64,000 nt of DNA from Eledone cirrhosa (taxonomy: Eukaryota): the NCBI GenBank assembly GCA_964016885.1, contig OZ024740.1:424018001-424082000 (forward strand), read 5' to 3'. The notes under the pieces are model-generated. The model saw only the letters and a program-made list of their open reading frames with translations. It searched no databases and had not been told where the DNA came from. Position numbers and translations under genes: made by a program. Positions 54,415 through 64,000 of the stretch are shown one piece after another (position 1 is the stretch's first letter; each line of letters opens with the position of its first letter).

Positions 54415-57031
54415 CCCTCCCTCCCTCCCCCATGAAGAATGCACCTCCCAACATAGACTGATAATTAGCGACCTCATAGTCAGGACGAGACGTACTCGAC
54501 AGCAGAAGAGGACTATCCTCAGGAGAAAAATATGGAAGCTAAAGGACCCCACAGCCAGAAATATATTTCAAAGCATATTACTTGATGCTTTCGACAGTAA
54601 GGAAGAACATTTAGAGTCGGACAATATAGAGGGACAGTGGGAATTCCCGAAAGCAAACTTGCTGATGGCGACAGACGAAGTCGGTGGCTGGAGCAGGCCT
54701 GTAGGCAGGAGGAGAGTAACATGGTGGTGGAACAGTAAGGTGGAGGGGTCAATTAAGGCCAAAAAGCAGGCTTGGAAAGTATGGCGGGATGGGGGAAGTA
54801 GAGAAGACTATCAAGTGGCCAGGAGGGAAGCTAGGAGACAAGTGTACTTAGCAAGAAGGGAAGCAGAGGAAAGAAAGTTCAAGCATGTTCTACAACGCGA
54901 GGACCAAAAACGTGAGGTGTTCAGGATTGCTAGGCAATGCGTCAAGGAAAACCGTGATATTGTCGGGGAGAAGTGTGTACTTAATGATGACGGCGTACTT
55001 GCCATCACCGACGCTGATAAGAATGTAGCTTGGAAGTGTCACTATGAAAGGCTACTAAATGAGGAGAATAAATGGGAGAAAGACAGTCTCCCCCACATCG
55101 ACCCAATAGAGGGACCAGCAGTGTTAGTCGAGGGGAGTATAATAAGTAAGGCAATCAAGGATATGAAGACGGGTAAGGCGGCTGGTCCTTCGGAAATAGT
55201 TGCTGAGATGTTGAAGGCATCTGGCACGGTGGGACACACCATGGTCACCCGCATAGTTAACCAAGTCGTACAGAATGGGGTTGTTCCGAAGGACTGGCAT
55301 AGCAGCATCATCGTTAACTGTTATAAGGGTAAAGGAGACGCCCTAGATAGGAGTAACTATAGAGGCATTAAATTAATCGACCATGTCATGAAGGTCACGG
55401 AAAAAGTAATAGCGCAACTAATCAGAGAGAGAATTGACCTAGATGAAATGCAGTTCGTGTTTGTGTCAGGCAAAAGTACCACAGACGCTCTTTTCATTGT
55501 ACGACAACTACAGGAGAAGTACCTAGCTAAAGGTAAACCCCTCTACTTAGCTTTTGTCGACTTGGAGAAAGCCTTCGACAGAGTCCCCCGCTCCATTATC
55601 TGGTGGGCTCTTAGAAAACTAGGTGTTGACGAATGGCTTGTGAGAGCTATACAAGCCATGTATAAAGAAACAGTCAGCAAGGTTAGAATTAACAACGAAT
55701 ATAGTGAAGAGTTTAGCGTAAAAGTTGGCGTCCATCGGGGCTCTGTTCTCAGCCCCCTACTATTTATTATTGCCCTTCAGGCTATAACAGAGGAGTTCAA
55801 GACCGGCTGCCCATGGGAGCTCCTATACGCAGACGACCTGACACTCATAGCTGAATCAATGGCCGAGCTAGAGAAGAAATTCCAAACATGGAAGCACGGC
55901 CTAGAATCAAAAGGGCTTAAAATTAACATGGCTAAGACTAAAGTTCTAGTTTGTAGGAAAGAAAATAAGGCGGCGGTCCCTTCTGGGAAATGGTCATGCT
56001 CAGTGTGTAGGAAAGGCGTAGGTAGAAACTCCATTTTATGTCCTAAATGCAAAGTATGGGTGCATAAAAAATGTAGTGGGATCACAGGTAAGCTAACTAA
56101 GAACATAGATTTTACATATGACCGGTGCTCTGGTGCAATAAGTAGCAGCAAGTGCCCACAAAATACTAGCTCCTTCAACTGCGCAGAGGGTTCTATAGAA
56201 ATAGTGGACAGCTTCCGTTACCTGGGTGACAAAATCAGCAGTGGGGGAGGGTGCTCCGAAAGTACAGTAGCTAGAGTCAGAACTGGATGGAAAAAGTTCA
56301 GAGAGCTTATACCACTATTAGCCGCTAAAGGGTTCTCCCTAAAAATGAAAGGCAGGTTGTATGATGCCTGCATACGAACAGCAATGTTGCATGGCAGTGA
56401 GACCTGGGCATTGTGCGCAGAGGATATACGCAGACTAGAGAGGAACGAAGCTTGCATGCTCCGCTGGATGTGTAATAGTAATATACGTGAACGGCAAAGC
56501 ATAAACGAACTAAGGAAAAAATTAGAAATAAGAGGGATCAGATGTTGTTTACTTGAGAGAAGGCTACGTTGGTACGGACACGTGATGCGCATGAAAGTCG
56601 ATAGCTGTATAACAAAGTGCAGGGCAATAAAGATAGACGGTAGCCACGGAATAGGCAGACCTAGAAAATCCTGGGACGAGCTGATAAACTCCGACCTCAC
56701 ACACTTACACCTCTCCAAGACAATGTCACTGGACCGAGACCTTTGGCGGTACTCAGTAATAGAGAAGACCCGCCTTACCTAAATACATAGTAAAACCTAC
56801 TACAGCCAGTAGGCATCTCTAACAAAATACACCCCCGTCCCACCACCCACACCCCCATCCACACTAACCCCTCCTATGTAAAGTTTTGTTGGTGCCACAA
56901 CATCCAGGCCGAAACAAATGAGATCGTGTAGGTGTCACGACAAAAAAACACACAGTCCACGCTGTAATGTGGCCGTGTAGGCAACACGGTAAAAACCTCC
57001 CAGTCCCACACTGTAAATGTGGTTGGTGTTA
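54414..57031 (+). mobile_element. RTE LINE family B, copy B5, 5'-truncated, ORF open to 56782, lacking its 3' terminus
   Basis: [11 protein letters not shown]...KTRLT*. The 3'UTR stops at GTTGGTGTTA with no tail. Confidence 0.96.
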
Positions 57032-57129
57032 TATTTTAATAAATATTTCCTCTACGGTTCTTATATATTTGATATATATTTATCCTTATCGAGCCCTCTT
57101 TGGATTTTAGTCTTCAAATTTATTATTAT

Positions 57130-57131
<2 letters not shown>

Positions 57132-57173
<42 letters not shown>

Positions 57174-57367
57174 ATATATGTATATATATATATATATGTA
57201 TATATGTATATATGTATATATATGTATATATGTATATATATGTATATATATATATATATGTATATATATGTATATATATGTATATATATGTATATATATG
57301 TATATATATGTATATATATGTATATATATCTATATATATGTATATATGTATGTATATGTATATGTAT

Positions 57368-57401
<34 letters not shown>

Positions 57402-57679
57402 GTATATATATGTATATATATATATATGTATATGTATATATATGTATACGTATATATATGTATATGTATATATATGTATATGTATATATATGTATATATA
57501 TGTATATGTATATATGTATATATATATATATATTTATATATATATGTATATGTATATATATATTTATATATATATATATTTATATATATATGTATATTTA
57601 TATATTTATATATATATATATTTATATATATATATTTATATATATATTATATATATATATATTTATATATATATATATT

Positions 57680-57712
<33 letters not shown>

Positions 57713-58073
57713 ATTTATATATATATATATTTATATATATATATATTTATATATGTATATGTATATATATATGTATATGTATATATATATATATTTATAT
57801 GTATATATATATATTTATATGTATATATATATATGTATATGTATATATATATATATGTATATGTATATATATATATTTATATGTATATGTATATATATAT
57901 TTATATATATATGTATATATACTATATTTATATTTATATGTATATGTATATATATTTATATGTATATATATATTTATATATATATGTATATATATATATT
58001 TATATTTATATGTATATGTATATATATTTATATGTATATGTATATATATTTATATGTATATTCATATATATAT
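57132..58073. repeat. Degenerate (TA)n
   Basis: Read directly. Confidence 0.95.
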
Positions 58074-59028
58074 ATCATCGTCATCATCATCATCACCGTT
58101 TAACGTCCGTGTTCCACGCTTACATGGGTTTGGACGGGGGTAGTCCCACTTGAGGCAAGAGTGATTGTCTTGCTCGCATAGGCCTGTCTGGCAGGTTTTC
58201 TACAGTTGGATGCCCTTCCTAACACCAACCACATTTACAGTGTGGGTCTGGGAGGTTTTTACCGTGTTGCCTACACGGCCACATTACAGCGTGGACTGTG
58301 TGTTTTTTTGTAGTGACACCTACACGATCTCATTTGTTTCGGCCTGGATGGTGTGGCACCAACACAACTTTACATAGAACGGGGTGGCGTGGATGGGTTG
58401 GGGTGGTGGGACGGGGGGGGGGGTATTTTGTTAGATGCCTACTGGCTGTAGTAGGTTTTACTATGTATTTAGGTAAGGCGGTTCTTCTCTGTTACTGAGT
58501 ACCGCCAAAGGTCTCGGTCCAGTGACATTGTCTTGGAGAGGTGTAAGTGTGTGAGGTCGGAGTTTATCAGCTCGTCCCAGGTTTTTCTAGGTCTGCCTAT
58601 TCCGTGGCTACCGTCTATCTTTATTGCCCTGCACTTTGTTATACAGCTATCGACTTTCATGCGCATCACGTGTCCATACCAACGTAGCCTTCTCTCGAGT
58701 AAACAACATCTGATCCCTCTTATTTCTAATTTTTTCCTTAGTTCGTTTATGCTTTGCCGTTCACGTATATTACTGTTACACATCCAGCGGAGCATGCAAG
58801 CTTCGTTCCTCTCTAGTCTGCGTATATCCTCTGCACACAATGCCCAGGTCTCACTGCCATGCAACATTGCTGTTCGTATGCAGGCATCGTACAACCTGCC
58901 TTTCATTTTTAGGGAGAACCCTTTAGCAGCTAATAGTGGTATAAGCTCTCTGAACTTTTTCCAACCAGTTCTCACTCTAGCTACTGTACTTTCAGAGCAC
59001 CCTCCCCCACTGCTGATTTTATCACCCA
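58074..59028 (-). mobile_element. RTE LINE family B, copy B6, 5'-truncated
   Basis: [10 protein letters not shown]...KNRLT*, then 3'UTR and (CAT)n. Confidence 0.95.
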
Positions 59029-59051
59029 TTTATATATATATGTATATATAT

Positions 59052-59096
<45 letters not shown>

Positions 59097-59134
59097 TATG
59101 TGTGTATATATATATATTTATATATATATGTATA

Positions 59135-59168
<34 letters not shown>

Positions 59169-59337
59169 ATGTGTGTGTATATATATATATTTATATATGT
59201 GTGTGTATATATATGTATATATATATTTATATATATGTGTGTGTGTGTGTGTATATATATATATGTGTGTTTATATATATATGTATATATATATTTATAT
59301 ATATATGTGTGTTTATATTTATATATATATGTATATA

Positions 59338-59416
<79 letters not shown>

Positions 59417-59422
59417 ATATAT

Positions 59423-59769
59423 GGAGGCACATGGCTTATTGGTTAGAGCATTGGCCTTGCAATCGAAAGGTTGTGTGTTCAATTCTCAGACCGGGTGATG
59501 TGTTGTTTCCTTGAGCAAGACACTTTATTTCACATTGCTCCAGTTTACTCAGCTGTAGAAATGAGATGATAGGGACTGGGGTCCCTATCATTCCACTGCA
59601 AAGTGGTCGTGGAGGTGCAACGGCAAAAAAGCACCCAGCACTCACTGTAAATGAGGTTGGTGTTAGGAAGGGCATCCAGCTTTAGAAATCAAGCCAGAAT
59701 CAGTTCCCTTCCCACCTTTACAAGCAGGGAAAAGTGGACATAAAATGAAATGATGATGAAATGATGATA
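59423..59769 (+). mobile_element. tRNA-derived SINE, same family as 25154
   Basis: GGAGGCACATGGCTTATTGGTTAGAGC head, shared module and RTE-A tail. Confidence 0.92.
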
Positions 59770-59779
59770 TCAAATTCAA

Positions 59780-60047
59780 AGATGAATGTTCCAGTTGTTT
59801 GATCAGTTAAACAGTCTGTTCATCAACATGCACACACACACAATGTAATTCTGAGAGAGATACAGTATGACTGTTACTTTGACTTACAAGTACAGTTGAT
59901 GTATTTCAAAACAGTTTCTGTCTAGTCAGTTTTGGTGGCAAGTGAGGTTAGGGTAAATGAAATAACATTTACTCAATAAGCCTGGCAGTGGGATCAAACA
60001 CAGGACCTCAGGGTTGGGAAGTAAATTTGTTACCCATATGGCTAAGC
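59780..60047 (-). mobile_element. Old diverged tRNA-derived SINE
   Basis: Minus strand TAGCCATATGGGTAAC...GTGTTTGATCCCAC (degenerate A and B boxes). Body recalled as similar to octopus SINEs. Confidence 0.5.
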
Positions 60048-60869
60048 TACATCCACTTATACATACATTCATATACACACACGTGTGTGTGTATATATAT
60101 ACATATATATGTGTGTGTGTGTTGTGTTATCTGTGTACAGCAGAACATGAAAGCATGCATAAGCAAGATACCAATCTTCCTGGCCTGTCCGTAAGATCAG
60201 TAGAAGCACTTCAGTACTGTCTTGGTCTGTATAGACCCATCCAACCCTTGCCAGCAGGGAGAGCAGGTATTAAAACAGTGACGATGAGGATACACACACT
60301 CTCGTGCATGCATACTGTCATGCATACACAATCACATACATATTCACACACTATCATAAACATAAATACGCAGACACACACACACACCTGTTTTAAAACA
60401 CATACACTCTCTTATAAACACATGCCTAAAGATAGTCGGCCAATTTTGGAATCCTCTATTTACTGTAAAAGGTCAATGGAAGGCTCTACTTTATATATAC
60501 AGTTTAGTTCAGTATAGAAAAGAGTATATACATTTTATAGCCAGATAATGATTAAAGGTTACTTTATCTTGTCTAATGATATTGTTTTAATGCCTTTCTG
60601 ATAATTTGTTAAACTTGGCTTCCTGCATCATTTAGTGCACACTAATATTAACTACTGTTCCATGTCCTTTGATTCTACTTTGCTGCCCTTGGAGAGAAGG
60701 GCTTCTATGTCGCTGTTTGTTTAATCTAAATTCCCCCCCCCCCCCCCCCCGTAAATGTTCACTTATGTGAGCGTGTGTATAACATGATGAGTTTCCTTGT
60801 ACTTTTTTGTGTACCAAATTCACTCATATGGCATTGGATTATCAAATCTCTCCCTTGCTCTCTTTCTAC

Positions 60870-61730
<861 letters not shown>

Positions 61731-61980
61731 ATCGTGTAGGTGTCACGACAAAAAAACACAGTCCACGCTGTAATGTGGCCGTGTAGGCAACACGGTAAAA
61801 ACCTCCCAGACCCACACTGTAAATGTGGTTGGTGTTAGGAAGGGCATCCAACTGTAGAAAACCTGCCAGACAGTCCTATGCGAGCAAGACAATCACTCTT
61901 GCCTCAAGTGGGACTACCCCCGTCCAAACCCATGCAAGCATGGAACACGGACGTTAAACGTTGATGATGATGATGATGAT
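61731..61980 (+). mobile_element. RTE family B, 3'UTR-only copy
   Basis: ATCGTGTAGGTGTCACGAC...GGACGTTAAACGT(TGA)n. Confidence 0.93.
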
Positions 61981-62020
61981 ATATATATATATATATATAT
62001 ATACATACGCATATATACAT

Positions 62021-62121
<101 letters not shown>

Positions 62122-62552
62122 TATATATAATGTTATGAAAAATCAGGTTATATCCAAAATTGGTAGGGCACTTAAGTCAAAGTATGGTCTGTTAAATGGA
62201 TATATATATATATCCCTCAATCTCTCCCTCTCATATGTGTGTATATGTATACATGACATGCTTTCTGAGAGTTCACACTGACTACCAAATGCTTTCACAC
62301 ACCTTTGAATAGCCCAAGGCTATATTAATAGTAAGATGGAACCAGAAATCAATTCTTAATCCCACATATATAGTCCACTTAAGAGTCCCAGCACTGTACC
62401 ACACCACAGACACAACCCGGGTGTTTACAATAAGAAGCAGCTTTTTCCATGCAGGTGGAGCTTAAGAACTTTGTAGAACTGTGTAGGTGTTTTTTTATTG
62501 GCCAACACGTTTCATCAAACTCTAAGATTCCTAGATATTTGTACCGATCCCC

Positions 62553-63293
62553 ACTTGGGTCACTCGGTCATTCAGGAAGGGACCCATCGTGACTTGGGTC
62601 AGTCAGTCATTCAGGAAGGGACTCATCATGACTTGGGTCAGTCAGTCATTCAGGAAGGGACACATTGTGACTTGGGTCAGTCAGTCATTCAGGAAAGGAC
62701 CTGTCATGACTTGAGTCAGTCAGTCATTCAGGAAGGGACTCATCATGACTTGGGTCAGTCAGTCATTCAGGAAGGGACTCATCATGACTTGGGTCAGTCA
62801 GTCATTCAGGAAGGGACTCATCATGACTTGGGTCAGTCAGTCATTCAGGAAGGGACACATTGTGACTTGGGTCAGTCAGTCATTCAGGAAGGAACTCATC
62901 GTGACTTGGGTCAGTCAGTCATTCAGGAAGGGACTCATCATGACTTGGGTCAGTCAGTCATTCAGGAAGGGACTCATCATGACTTGGGTCAGTCAGTCAT
63001 TCAGGAAGGGACTCATCATGACTTGGGTCAGTCAGTCATTCAGGAAGGGACTCATCATGACTTGGGTCAGTCAGTCATTCAGGAAGGGACACATTGTGAC
63101 TTGGGTCAGTCAGTCATTGAGGAAAGGACCTGTCATGACTTGGGTCAGTCAGTCATTCAGGAAGGGACTCATCATGACTTGGGTCAGTCCGTCATTAAGG
63201 AAGGGACCCATCGTGACTTGGGTCAGTCAGTCATTCAGGAAGGGACCCATCGTGACTTGGGTCAGTCAGTCATTCAGGAAAGGACCTATCATG
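62553..63293. repeat. Minisatellite, 19 x 39 bp (ACTTGGGTCAGTCAGTCATTCAGGAAGGGACTCATCATG)
   Basis: Unit starts at 62553, 62592 ... 63255, with no spacers and no indels. Confidence 0.97.
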
Positions 63294-63299
63294 ATAATG

Positions 63300-63620
63300 T
63301 GGAGAGAGGAGAGGAGAAGCAGAAAGAAGTTGTGAGGCAGAGAGATGTGAGATGAATGTTGTGTAAAAGAGGGAGAGTTGAGTGTTATGTGTGTGAGAGA
63401 GGGGGTAGATGAGCAGTGTGTGTGTGTGAGAGAGAGAGGGGGGAAGCTGAGTGTTGTATGTATGAGAGAAGGAGAGAGATGAGTGTTTTATGAGAGAGGG
63501 AGAGCCAAGTGTTGTGTGAGAGAAAGAGAGAGTTGTGTTGTGTGAGCGAGAGTTGAGTGTTGTGTGAGGGAGGAGAGAGAGAGATGAGTGTTGTATGAGA
63601 GAGGGAGAGGGTGTGTGTGA
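63300..63620. repeat. GA/GT-rich degenerate repeat (GAGTGTTGTGTGAGAG-like units)
   Basis: Read directly. Confidence 0.8.
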
Positions 63621-64000
63621 CTTGCTTGCTAAGCAGTTGTGTGTGATTCTTGCCAATTCTAAAAGGATTAGCATTCTCATTAATAAAAGCAAAAGACGTT
63701 GCAGAAATGTGACTAATAATTAGACAAGGACAACAATAACAACTGAAAACAGCAAGCATTATCACTAAAGGTTAAAAATACAAAACAGATAACAGCACTT
63801 TCTCAAGTAAAGCCCACAGTGCCAAAATTATTGACTTTCAGCTTCTCTCTAGAAACTTTGTCTTTGCAATGGGAAGAGCTGGGACCAAATTGATTTTTTT
63901 CCTTTAACTCAGCTCCAGATTTAGAAGAAAGTATATATAGGAAGAAACAATAATTAATAACAATGATGATGGTGATGATAGTGGTGATGATGGTGATGAT

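Noticed and set aside
62553-63293. CRISPR-like array
   Set aside because: Contiguous units with no unique spacers, no cas genes and a eukaryotic context.
63626-63930. Possible minus-strand exons near the window end
   Set aside because: Splice signals are weak or non-canonical and frames are short or interrupted.

Overview
Eukaryotic, repeat-dominated DNA, most likely from an octopod cephalopod (inferred from its RTE tails and SINE types; not proven). There are no prokaryotic genes and no CRISPR array. About half the window is degenerate (TA)n microsatellite, including a 12.4-kb array at 1-12435. Two clusters (about 12.4-27.6 kb and 35-59.8 kb) are nested stacks of retroelements sitting inside (TA)n. 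(i) At least four RTE-clade LINE families, called A-D here; one near-intact full-length A copy lies at 12436-15690, and families A-C carry a C4HC3 PHD-like finger inserted inside the RT. (ii) tRNA-headed SINEs built from RTE modules. (iii) At least six families of Penelope-like (PLE) terminal repeats holding eight minimal hammerhead-ribozyme motifs; two of these elements retain GIY-YIG remnants, inverted pseudo-LTRs and a shared [12 protein letters not shown] start. The unique stretch at 27.7-33.8 kb holds two candidate minus-strand exons, a candidate pre-miRNA with correctly spaced Microprocessor motifs and an unclassified 686-bp element with 103-bp direct repeats. A 19 x 39-bp minisatellite lies near the end. 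The Ile/Tyr-rich ORFs in the track are microsatellite artefacts.
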